Assembly (NCBI GenBank): GCA_003248655.1
Contig: QFPM01000004.1
Span: 121,354-185,353 of the forward strand
Origin: Microbacterium sp.
GTDB taxonomy: Bacteria; Actinomycetota; Actinomycetes; Actinomycetales; Microbacteriaceae
Direction of reading: 5' to 3'
Length of the DNA: 64,000 nt
The position numbers were made by a program, and so were the translations under genes. Below, one piece after another: positions 9,669 to 17,478 of the stretch. Every line of letters begins with the position of its first letter. Position 1 is the first letter of the stretch. Below the pieces are notes generated by a model. It did not search any database, was not told the DNA's origin, and worked only from the letters and a program-made list of their open reading frames with translations.

Positions 9669-10529
9669 TCACCGCGGCGTGAGTTCGTCGAGGAGCGAGT
9701 CTTCGTCCTCCATGTCGCGGTCTCGGCGGCGCGGCGCGGGCGCGCGGGCGTCCTTGACGTGGTGAGCGTCCGCGGCATTCGTGGCGTCCTCGGCATCCTC
9801 TTTACGGTGCCGAAGCTCGGTGCGGATCATGTACCAGATGAAGACGAAGCCCATGACGGCGAAGAGGATCCACTGGATCGCGTACGACAGGTGCGGGCCG
9901 GGGTCCTGCGAGGGCGCGTCGAGCGGGTTCGGCCGCGTCGCGGGCGCGGGGTCTTCGGACACGAGGAGCCCGTAGGCGCTCGTCACCACGCCATCGAGCC
10001 CGGTCGCCTCGGCGATGAGCGGCAGGTTGATCGTCGGCACCTGACCCTCGGGCGCGGACTGGGTCGTGTTGCGCAGCGCCTCACCCGGCATGAGTCGGGC
10101 GATGACGGTGACCTCCCCGGCAGGGGGCGCGGGCACCTCGTCCGGCTCGGGCTGGTCGGAGCCGGGAGCCAGCCAGCCGCGGTTGACGACGAACACCTCG
10201 CCCGCCTCGGTGCGGAAGGGGACCAGCACCTCGAACGCCGCCGTGCCACCGTGGGCGCGATTGCGCGCGAGCAGCGTGTCGTCGGGAAGGTACTCGCCGA
10301 CCAGCCGAACCGGCCGCCACTGGTCGTCGCGATCGAAGCCGTCGTCGCCCGGCCCGACGAGGTCCGTCAGGGTTACGGGCGCGGCGTCGTAGTTCGCCGA
10401 GACGAGACCGATCTGACGTTCGCGCTCCTCGTTGCGGGTGAACTGCCAGTTCGACAGGTAGGCGCACGCGATCGCGAAGGCGACGGCGACGGCGACGTAG
10501 CCCGTCCAGCGCAGCGCCGTGCGGTTCAC
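9669..10529 (-). CDS. SURF1 family protein
   Basis: N- and C-terminal TM helices flank a SURF1-like core (VVNRGWL). The start overlaps the upstream stop by 4 nt. Confidence 0.8.
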   Translation of the reverse strand: MNRTALRWTGYVAVAVAFAIACAYLSNWQFTRNEERERQIGLVSANYDAAPVTLTDLVGPGDDGFDRDDQWRPVRLVGEYLPDDTLLARNRAHGGTAAFEVLVPFRTEAGEVFVVNRGWLAPGSDQPEPDEVPAPPAGEVTVIARLMPGEALRNTTQSAPEGQVPTINLPLIAEATGLDGVVTSAYGLLVSEDPAPATRPNPLDAPSQDPGPHLSYAIQWILFAVMGFVFIWYMIRTELRHRKEDAEDATNAADAHHVKDARAPAPRRRDRDMEDEDSLLDELTPR

Positions 10530-10747
10530 CGGGCGACCTCGGGTGCCGCGGCATCCGTCAGCGGCGACACCTCAACCGGAAAGTCACGCGCCGCGAGATA
10601 GTCGCGCAGATAGTCGACGTGCGCGTCGCAGGCCGTCCACACCTTCCGCCGATCCACCGAGTGGATGCGGGGGTTCCGCCAGATGACCTGCCAGCGGGCA
10701 TCCGCCCGGCATCCCGCCCGCGAGCACACGACGTCGGCGGCGCTCAC
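10526..10747 (-). CDS. small conserved Cys-containing hypothetical protein (73 aa)
   Basis: This is the C-terminal, coding-looking part of ORF 10526..10984. Its GTG start overlaps the DUF3099 stop (GTGA) and its stop overlaps the SURF1 start. Confidence 0.45.
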   Translation of the reverse strand: MSAADVVCSRAGCRADARWQVIWRNPRIHSVDRRKVWTACDAHVDYLRDYLAARDFPVEVSPLTDAAAPEVAR

Positions 10748-11091
10748 GAGTCCTCCCGCGGCGTTCGCCCGACTTCCTGGATGCGGATGACGCCGGTCTG
10801 CTCCGTCGGCGCGACGGGCGCGGGGGAGGCCGCGATCGCTCGCTCGGGCGCCACGGCGCGCTCGGCGGGTGCCGTGGCCACATTCGCGATGACGACCGCG
10901 ATGTACGGCAGAACGATCGCCGCACCCGCGAAGACCCAGGTGTACCAGCCGTAGGGCTGAACGAGGACCATCAGCACGAAGCACACCACACGCACGGCCA
11001 TCATCCAGAAGTACCTGGTCATACGCTTGTGCGCGTCGTCGCGCGGTGCGCGCGGAAGCGAGGTCGCAGACTGGGCGGAGGAGTTCTTCAC
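10744..11091 (-). CDS. DUF3099-like small membrane protein
   Basis: Basic N-terminus followed by two adjacent TM helices (YFWMMAVRVVCFVLMVL, WVFAGAAIVLPYIAVVIAN). Adjacent to SURF1, as in other actinobacteria. Confidence 0.7.
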   Translation of the reverse strand: MKNSSAQSATSLPRAPRDDAHKRMTRYFWMMAVRVVCFVLMVLVQPYGWYTWVFAGAAIVLPYIAVVIANVATAPAERAVAPERAIAASPAPVAPTEQTGVIRIQEVGRTPREDS

Positions 11092-11145
11092 GTCCCGTTC
11101 AGCCTACGCCGCCGGCGCGTCCTCGGACGCCCGGCGGCCGGCTGC

Positions 11146-11688
11146 TCAGGAGTAGCGGCTGGTGGTGCTGGCCGCGAAGAGGACGAAGATGAAGAACAGC
11201 ATCCCGATCACGAAGAGTCCGACCCCCGCCCAGCCGACGATGATGCCGGCCAGTGCCATGCCGCGGCCGTTGTCTCCCGTGCGCTTGATCTGGTTCAGCG
11301 AGATGTGCCCCATGATGGCGCCTGCGACCGACCCGACGAACGGGAGAATCCAGAGCAGCCCGACGATCGAGAGGACGAGCGAGGCGATCGAGAGCCCGTT
11401 AGTCCGGCGGGCGGACGCGTAGCCACCGCCGTAACCGTAGACCGGCGCTGCGCCAGGCGTCGTCTGCACGGGGTACCCACCGTACGGCGCTGCCGTCGGC
11501 TGCTGCGGCGCCGCCGGCTGCGGGGGCGTGGCGCCGTAGCTCGCGGGATACGTCGGCGCCTCGTAAACCGGAGGCGTGTAGACGGGCGGCGCGGGCGGAA
11601 CGGCGCCTGCGGGGCTGGCCGGCTCCTGGGGTGCTGCGCCTTCGGGGTTCTGTCCGTACGGATCGGTCACGGTGGCTCCTCTCGCCAC
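11146..11688 (-). CDS. DUF4190-like membrane protein with Pro/Tyr-rich N-terminus
   Basis: Low-complexity PPxYxxP N-terminal half. The C-terminal two-TM DUF4190 pattern is present (SIVGLLWILPFVGSVAGAIMGHISL). Confidence 0.7.
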   Translation of the reverse strand: MARGATVTDPYGQNPEGAAPQEPASPAGAVPPAPPVYTPPVYEAPTYPASYGATPPQPAAPQQPTAAPYGGYPVQTTPGAAPVYGYGGGYASARRTNGLSIASLVLSIVGLLWILPFVGSVAGAIMGHISLNQIKRTGDNGRGMALAGIIVGWAGVGLFVIGMLFFIFVLFAASTTSRYS

Positions 11689-11754
11689 CCGCCAGCCTAG
11701 TGCGAACCGGCCCGCGGACTAGGCTGGTTCGGTCCTCGCGCGAAACGGAGCACC

Positions 11755-12465
11755 ATGACCACCGACAGAGTCGTCCTCGTCACCGGCGGAAACCGCGGCA
11801 TCGGCCGCGCCATCGCGGAGCGATTCGTGGCCGCGGGATACAAGACCGCCGTCACGGCGCGCTCGGGAGAGGGGCCCGAGGGTACGCTCACGGTCCGCGC
11901 CGATGTGACGGATGCCGCATCCCTCGATGCCGCGTTCACCGAGGTCGAGCGCGCCCTGGGCACGGTCGAGATCGTCGTGGCGAACGCCGGCATCACGAAG
12001 GACACGCTGCTCCTGCGCATGACGGAGGACGACTTCGACTCTGTGGTCGCGACGAACCTCGGGGGTACCTTCCGGGTCGTCAAGCGGGCATCCAAGGGGA
12101 TGCTGCGGGCAAAGTGGGGTCGCGTGATCCTCATCTCGAGCGTTGTCGGGCTCTACGGGTCGGCCGGCCAGATCAACTACTCCTCGTCGAAGGCGGCGCT
12201 CGTCGGTTTCGCCCGTTCGCTGACGCGTGAGCTCGGTGGACGCGGCATCACCGCGAACGTCGTCGCGCCGGGTTTTATCGAGACCGACATGACCGCCGAG
12301 CTTTCCGACGACACGCAGGCCCAGTACAAGCGGAGCATCCCCGCGGGACGCTTCGCGACCGCCGACGAAGTCGCCGGGGTGGTCACGTGGCTGGCATCCG
12401 ATGATGCCGCTTACATCTCGGGTGCGGTCATCCCAGTTGACGGCGGCCTCGGGATGGGCCACTGA
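11755..12465 (+). CDS. fabG: 3-oxoacyl-ACP reductase (SDR family)
   Basis: TGGNRGIG cofactor motif, NAG, and the catalytic YSSSK motif. Confidence 0.85.
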   Translation: MTTDRVVLVTGGNRGIGRAIAERFVAAGYKTAVTARSGEGPEGTLTVRADVTDAASLDAAFTEVERALGTVEIVVANAGITKDTLLLRMTEDDFDSVVATNLGGTFRVVKRASKGMLRAKWGRVILISSVVGLYGSAGQINYSSSKAALVGFARSLTRELGGRGITANVVAPGFIETDMTAELSDDTQAQYKRSIPAGRFATADEVAGVVTWLASDDAAYISGAVIPVDGGLGMGH

Positions 12466-12467
12466 CC

Positions 12468-12532
12468 GAGAAACCACTCCGGACGTGAGAAACCACGACC
12501 GCCGTGGTTTCTCGACGCTCAGATGGTTTCTC
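12468..12532. repeat. nested double palindrome built from GAGAAACCAC / GTGGTTTCTC (family copy 1)
   Basis: GAGAAACCAC(12468) ... TGAGAAACCAC(12486) ... GTGGTTTCTC(12504) ... ATGGTTTCTC(12523). It fills the gap between convergent fabG and serB. Confidence 0.75.
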
Positions 12533-12535
12533 GCG

Positions 12536-13171
12536 CTAGGGCAGCAGCGGGATCAGCTCGCGCAGGTCGACGGGGCCGACCACGACGTCCGCGGCCGCAC
12601 GCACGGCGGGCTTCGCGTTGAACGCGACCCCGAGGCCCGCCGCCGCCATCATGAGCAGGTCGTTCGCGCCGTCGCCCACGGCGATCGTGCGGTGCAGCGG
12701 CACGCCGGATGCCTGCGCCCATTCGTGCAGCGCTGCGGCCTTGCCCGCGGCATCCACGATCTCGCCGTCCACCGCACCGGTGAGTGCGCCCTCCGCGGTG
12801 GCCAGGCGGTTCGCCCGCCACCGGTCGACGCCGAGCGGCGGCGCCACGACGTCGAGGATCTCGTGGAAGCCGCCCGACACCACCGCGGCGACGCCGCCCC
12901 GCGCGTGAATCGCGGCGATCAGCTCGGCCGCGCCCGGCGTCGGTTCGACGCGGGCGAGCACGCGGTCGAACGCCGCGAGCGGCACGCCGCGCAACTGTTC
13001 CACCCGCGCGCGCAGGCTCGTCGCGAAGTCGACCTCGCCGCGCATCGCGGCTTCAGTCGCGGCGGCGACTTCCGCGCCGCGACCCGCCTCATCGGCGATC
13101 AGCTCGATCACTTCGTTGCGCAACAGCGTCGAGTCGGCGTCGAACACGACGAGGGAGCGGGCGTCAGGCAC
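12536..13171 (-). CDS. serB: phosphoserine phosphatase (HAD-IB)
   Basis: HAD motifs DADSTL and GDGANDL. SerB-like length and sequence. Confidence 0.8.
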   Translation of the reverse strand: MPDARSLVVFDADSTLLRNEVIELIADEAGRGAEVAAATEAAMRGEVDFATSLRARVEQLRGVPLAAFDRVLARVEPTPGAAELIAAIHARGGVAAVVSGGFHEILDVVAPPLGVDRWRANRLATAEGALTGAVDGEIVDAAGKAAALHEWAQASGVPLHRTIAVGDGANDLLMMAAAGLGVAFNAKPAVRAAADVVVGPVDLRELIPLLP

Positions 13172-13191
13172 CCGACAAACCTACCGGTCGA

Positions 13192-14436
13192 TCAGCGGCC
13201 GACGCGCGCGTTCTTGCCGACGACGGTGATGCCGCTGTCGGTCACGGTGAACCCGCGCTCGAGATCGAGCGCCCGGTCGACTCCGACTGTCGCGCCGGCA
13301 TCCAGGACGACGTTCTTGTCGAGGATCGCGCGGTGCACGCGCGCTCCCGCGCCGACGTCGACATGGTCGAACAGTACCGAGTCGGTGATCGTCGATCCTC
13401 CCGCGGCGAGTGTCCACGGGCCGACGACCGAACGCTCGAGGTGGGTGCCCGAGAGCACCGACCCGAGCGAGACGATGGAGTCGATCGCGTTGCCCATCCG
13501 CCCGACGCCGTCGCGCACGAACTTCGCCGGGGGAGAGTTGACCGACTGCGAGTGGATCGGCCAATCCATGTTGTACAGGTTGAAGATCGGCAGCGTCGAA
13601 ATGAGGTCCATGTGCGCGTCGAAGAACGAGTCGATCGTTCCCACGTCGCGCCAGTAGTCGCGGTCGCGATCGGTCGAGCCGGGCACGTCGTTGCGCTTGA
13701 AGTCGTAGACCGCCGCCTCGCCCCGCTTCACGAAGTAGGGGATGATGTCACCGCCCATGTCGTGGTTCGATCCGGGCAGCTCGCCGTCGGCCTCGACGGC
13801 CGCGATGAGAGCGTCGGCGTCGAAGATGTAGTTGCCCATGGATGCCAGCACCTCGTGCGGTGCGTCGGACAGGCCGGTGGGGTTCTGCGGCTTCTCGAGG
13901 AACTCGCGGATCGTCACGTTGTCGGTCGGATCGAGGTCGATGACGCCGAACTGGTTCGCGAGCGTGATCGGCTGGCGGATGCCGGCGACCGTCGCCTTCG
14001 CACCCGAGGCGATGTGCGCGTCGAGCATCTGCTCGAAGTCCATCCGGTAGACGTGGTCGGCGCCGATGACGACGACGATGTCGGGCTTCTCGTCTTGGAT
14101 GAGGTTCAGCGACTGTAGGATCGCGTCTGCCGAGCCCGAGAACCAGCGCTTGCCGAGGCGCTGCTGCGCAGGCACCGAGGTGACGTAGGAGTTCAGCAGC
14201 GCCGACATCCGCCACGTCTGCGACACGTGCCGGTCGAGCGAGTGCGACTTGTACTGCGTCAGCACGACGATCTGACGCAGCCCCGAGTTGATGAGGTTCG
14301 AGATCGCGAAGTCGATCAGGCGGTACTGCCCGCCGAAGGGCACGGCAGGTTTCGCTCGGTCCTCTGTCAAGGGCATGAGGCGCTTGCCCTCGCCTCCGGC
14401 GAGGACGATTCCGAAGACCTTCGGCGCTGCAGGCAT
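13192..14436 (-). CDS. glgC: glucose-1-phosphate adenylyltransferase
   Basis: [14 protein letters not shown]-terminal motif and a left-handed beta-helix C-terminus. Divergent from glgA. Confidence 0.9.
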   Translation of the reverse strand: MPAAPKVFGIVLAGGEGKRLMPLTEDRAKPAVPFGGQYRLIDFAISNLINSGLRQIVVLTQYKSHSLDRHVSQTWRMSALLNSYVTSVPAQQRLGKRWFSGSADAILQSLNLIQDEKPDIVVVIGADHVYRMDFEQMLDAHIASGAKATVAGIRQPITLANQFGVIDLDPTDNVTIREFLEKPQNPTGLSDAPHEVLASMGNYIFDADALIAAVEADGELPGSNHDMGGDIIPYFVKRGEAAVYDFKRNDVPGSTDRDRDYWRDVGTIDSFFDAHMDLISTLPIFNLYNMDWPIHSQSVNSPPAKFVRDGVGRMGNAIDSIVSLGSVLSGTHLERSVVGPWTLAAGGSTITDSVLFDHVDVGAGARVHRAILDKNVVLDAGATVGVDRALDLERGFTVTDSGITVVGKNARVGR

Positions 14437-14482
14437 AGCACCACACTATGCCCCTCCCACGGCTTGTACTAGCGTTCGACAC

Positions 14483-15676
14483 ATGCGCGTCGACATCGTC
14501 ACGAAGGAGTATCCGCCCGAGATCTACGGGGGTGCGGGAGTGCACGTCACCGAGCTCGTGAAGGCCCTGCGCGCGGCGATCGACGTGCGCGTGCGGGCTT
14601 TCGGAGCCGACCGCGACGAGGCAGACACGACGTCGTACCGGGCGCCTTCCGAGCTCGCGGCGGCCAATGCCGCGGTGCAGACCCTCGGCGTCGATCTCGA
14701 GATCGTCGGAGACGTCGCGGGGGCGGATGTCGTGCACTCGCACACGTGGTACGCGAACTTCGCGGGGCACCTGGCATCCCTTCTCCACGGCATCCCGCAC
14801 GTCGTGACGGCGCACTCGCTCGAGCCCCTCCGCCCGTGGAAGGCCGAGCAGCTCGGTGGCGGATACGCCGTCTCGAGCTGGATCGAGAAGACCGCGTACG
14901 AGAACGCCGCCGCCGTCATCGCCGTCAGCGACGGCATGCGGCGCGACATTCTGCGCAGCTACCCGAGTCTCGATCCCGACAAGGTGCGGGTCATCTACAA
15001 CGGCATCGACGTCGACGCATGGGGGCCGCGGGAGGATGCCGCGCTGCTGGCGCGCTACGGCATCGACCCGGCACGGCCCTCGGTCGTGTTCGTCGGCCGG
15101 ATCACGCGGCAGAAGGGGTTGCCGTACTTCCTGCGGGCGGCGGCGCTGCTTCCGCCCGAGGTGCAGGTGATCCTCTGCGCGGGGGCACCCGACACCCCGC
15201 AGATCTTCGCCGAGGTGGAAGGGCTCGTGCGTGATCTGCAGGCCGTGCGCGACGGCGTCGTCTGGATCTCGGACTTCCTGCAGCGCGACGAGCTGTGCGC
15301 CATCCTGACGGTCGCGACGACGTTCGTCTGCCCGAGCGTGTACGAACCGCTGGGCATCGTGAACCTCGAGGCGATGGCGTGCGGGGCGGCGGTCGTGGGG
15401 ACGGCGACCGGCGGCATCCCCGAGGTCGTCGTCGACGGCGTCACGGGCAGGCTTGTGCCGATCGAGCAGCTGCAGGACGGCACCGGCACGCCGATCGACC
15501 CCGACCGATTCGTCGCCGACCTCGCGGCGACGCTCGCCGAGGTGGTGTCTGATCCCGAGCGCGCGCGGGCCTACGGCGAGGCGGGTCGTGAGCGGGCCGC
15601 GTCGGCGTTCAGCTGGCAGGCGATCGCCGACGCCACGGCGGCGCTTTACCGCGAGGTGGCGGGCATCGAGCGATAG
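14483..15676 (+). CDS. glgA: glycogen synthase / GT4 alpha-glucan synthase (GlgA; GlgM-like in mycobacteria)
   Basis: In-frame ATG at 14483 gives MRVDIVTKEYPPEIYGGAGVHV, the typical actinobacterial GlgA N-terminus. The ORF track extension upstream overlaps glgC. Confidence 0.9.
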   Translation: MRVDIVTKEYPPEIYGGAGVHVTELVKALRAAIDVRVRAFGADRDEADTTSYRAPSELAAANAAVQTLGVDLEIVGDVAGADVVHSHTWYANFAGHLASLLHGIPHVVTAHSLEPLRPWKAEQLGGGYAVSSWIEKTAYENAAAVIAVSDGMRRDILRSYPSLDPDKVRVIYNGIDVDAWGPREDAALLARYGIDPARPSVVFVGRITRQKGLPYFLRAAALLPPEVQVILCAGAPDTPQIFAEVEGLVRDLQAVRDGVVWISDFLQRDELCAILTVATTFVCPSVYEPLGIVNLEAMACGAAVVGTATGGIPEVVVDGVTGRLVPIEQLQDGTGTPIDPDRFVADLAATLAEVVSDPERARAYGEAGRERAASAFSWQAIADATAALYREVAGIER

Positions 15677-15679
15677 GCT
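15674..15679 (+). promoter_or_regulatory. candidate -10 hexamer (TAGGCT), leaderless spacing
   Basis: TANNNT 6 nt upstream of the ATG at 15686. Confidence 0.4.
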
Positions 15680-15685
15680 GGGGGC

Positions 15686-16477
15686 ATGCCCCAGGTGCTC
15701 GAATTCTCCGACGTCGTCGTGCGTCGGAACGCCCGCGACATCGTCGACCACGTCGGCTGGAACGTCACGGACGATCAGCGCTGGGTGATCCTCGGCCCCA
15801 ACGGTGCCGGCAAGACGACGATCCTGCAGTTGGCGGCGACGCTGCTGCACCCGACGTCTGGATCCGTCACGATTTTGGACGAAGTGCTCGGTCGGACGGA
15901 TGTCTTCGAGCTTCGCCCCCGGATCGGCTTCGCCTCGTCGGCGATGGCGCGGCGCATCCCGCCGGAGGAGACCGTTCTCGATGTCGTCCTGACCGCGGCA
16001 TACTCGGTGCTCGGCCGCTGGAACGAAGAGTATGAGGCGATCGACGAGAAGCGGGCGCGTCGCGTGCTGGGGGAGTGGAAGCTCGAGCACCTCGCCGAGC
16101 GCACGTTCGGCACGCTCTCCGACGGTGAGCAAAAGCGCGTCCAGATCGCGCGCGCCGTCATGACCGACCCCGAGCTGCTGCTGCTCGACGAGCCGACGGC
16201 GAGCCTCGACCTCGGCGCGCGCGAAGAGCTGCTGGGGCTCCTCGGCGGCTACGCGCAAGCGCCGTCGACGCCGGCGATGATCATGGTCACCCACCACGTC
16301 GAGGAGATTCCCGTCGGGTTCACCCACGTGTTGCTTCTGCGCGACGGTCACGTCGTTGCGGCCGGGCCGATCGGCGCGACGCTGACGGCGGAGAACCTGT
16401 CGGAGACCTTCGGGATGCCGATCGCACTCACCTCGGAAGACGGCCGCTTCGCCGCGCGCGCGACCGCTGGTTCCTGA
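15686..16477 (+). CDS. ABC transporter ATP-binding protein (stand-alone, ModF/YlmA-like)
   Basis: Walker A GPNGAGKTT, signature LSDGEQKR, Walker B LLLLDEP. No adjacent permease gene. Confidence 0.8.
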   Translation: MPQVLEFSDVVVRRNARDIVDHVGWNVTDDQRWVILGPNGAGKTTILQLAATLLHPTSGSVTILDEVLGRTDVFELRPRIGFASSAMARRIPPEETVLDVVLTAAYSVLGRWNEEYEAIDEKRARRVLGEWKLEHLAERTFGTLSDGEQKRVQIARAVMTDPELLLLDEPTASLDLGAREELLGLLGGYAQAPSTPAMIMVTHHVEEIPVGFTHVLLLRDGHVVAAGPIGATLTAENLSETFGMPIALTSEDGRFAARATAGS

Positions 16478-16494
16478 TACTGCCCCGAGGCTGG

Positions 16495-16572
16495 TAAAGT
16501 AGCTCTTTGGTGCGCTCGCACCGCAGACTTCCCTCGCCCTGGCAAAATCCAGGGCACCACGTAAGGAACCTC
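16495..16572 (+). promoter_or_regulatory. rpmE2 promoter (-10 TAAAGT at 16495) and structured 5-prime leader
   Basis: Two hairpins in the leader: GGTGCG..CGCACC at 16509-16522 and CCCTGG-caaaat-CCAGGG at 16537-16554. SD AAGGAA sits before the ATG. Confidence 0.35.
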
Positions 16573-16824
16573 ATGAAGACTGACATCCACCCCGAGTACC
16601 AGGCGGTCGTGTTCCGCGACCTCGGCTCCGGCGACACGTTCCTGACCCGTTCGACGGTCACGAGCGACAAGACGATCGAGCTCGACGGCGTCACCTATCC
16701 CGTCATCGACGTCGAGATCTCGTCGGCCTCGCACCCGTTCTACACGGGCAAGCAGCGCATCATGGACTCGGCCGGCCGCGTCGAGAAGTTCAACCAGCGC
16801 TTCAAGAACTTCGGCTCGAAGTAA
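16573..16824 (+). CDS. rpmE2: 50S ribosomal protein L31, type B (Cys-less)
   Basis: MKTDIHPEY...HPFYTGKQR with all four zinc-ribbon Cys positions replaced. Confidence 0.9.
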   Translation: MKTDIHPEYQAVVFRDLGSGDTFLTRSTVTSDKTIELDGVTYPVIDVEISSASHPFYTGKQRIMDSAGRVEKFNQRFKNFGSK

Positions 16825-16838
16825 GTACCCGAGCCGAC

Positions 16839-16870
16839 GAAAGCCCCGCCTCGGCGGGGCTTTCGTCGTT
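16839..16870 (+). terminator. rho-independent terminator
   Basis: GAAAGCCCCGCCTCGGCGGGGCTTTCGTCGTTT: a GC stem followed by a T-rich tract. Confidence 0.65.
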
Positions 16871-16915
16871 TCGGCGTCGGCCGTTCGAGGGACAGACGGC
16901 GCGGAGGGATCGACC

Positions 16916-16921
16916 TAGACT
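16916..16921 (+). promoter_or_regulatory. candidate -10 hexamer (TAGACT), leaderless spacing
   Basis: 7 nt upstream of the GTG at 16929. Confidence 0.4.
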
Positions 16922-16928
16922 CGCTCAC

Positions 16929-17438
16929 GTGCACCGCTCCTCCTTCCTCGCGATCGTCCTGGTCGCCCTCGCCCTCGCCCTCGCCGGCTGTGCGGCGCGA
17001 CCGGATGCCGGTGGCTTCTCGCCGAAGTCCCTGTCCTCTGTTACCCCCACCGCGGCGTGCCCTGAGCAGGAGGGCGTGAGACTTCCCGAGGGCTGCGCGC
17101 CGTACGACCCGGAGCAGGGCATGGCCCTTAACGACCTGTACCGTCAGCGCGCCGATCTCACTCCCGAGCAGGCCGCAGCTTCGGACGCGCACGTCGCCGC
17201 CGCGCGCGCAACGCTGGAGGCATTGCGTGGTGTCGGATCGTGGCCCGAGGATGACGTCCGCGCGGCGCTCGAGGGCGTCGGTCTGGTCGACGTGCAGACC
17301 CGCAGCGGCGCGGGCGACGTGCTCTTCGGTGCGGTGCCGCCCGAGGGAGGCTGTATCTACGGCGCGGTGGAGGCAGAGCAGGTCAGCGTCGACGCGGGCG
17401 GCTACATCATGGACGGCGGATGCCTGCCCGCTCAGTGA
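16929..17438 (+). CDS. hypothetical lipoprotein
   Basis: Signal peptide with lipobox LAGC. No recognised domain. Confidence 0.6.
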   Translation: MHRSSFLAIVLVALALALAGCAARPDAGGFSPKSLSSVTPTAACPEQEGVRLPEGCAPYDPEQGMALNDLYRQRADLTPEQAAASDAHVAAARATLEALRGVGSWPEDDVRAALEGVGLVDVQTRSGAGDVLFGAVPPEGGCIYGAVEAEQVSVDAGGYIMDGGCLPAQ

Positions 17439-17478
17439 GCGCTGCGGCCTCGCCGTCGTTGGCGCGACGTCTACGTCG

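Noticed and set aside
16478-16572. A Zur box was expected upstream of the Cys-less L31 gene.
   Set aside because: No AT-rich palindrome of the Zur type is visible in the 95-nt upstream region. Only GC hairpins are present.
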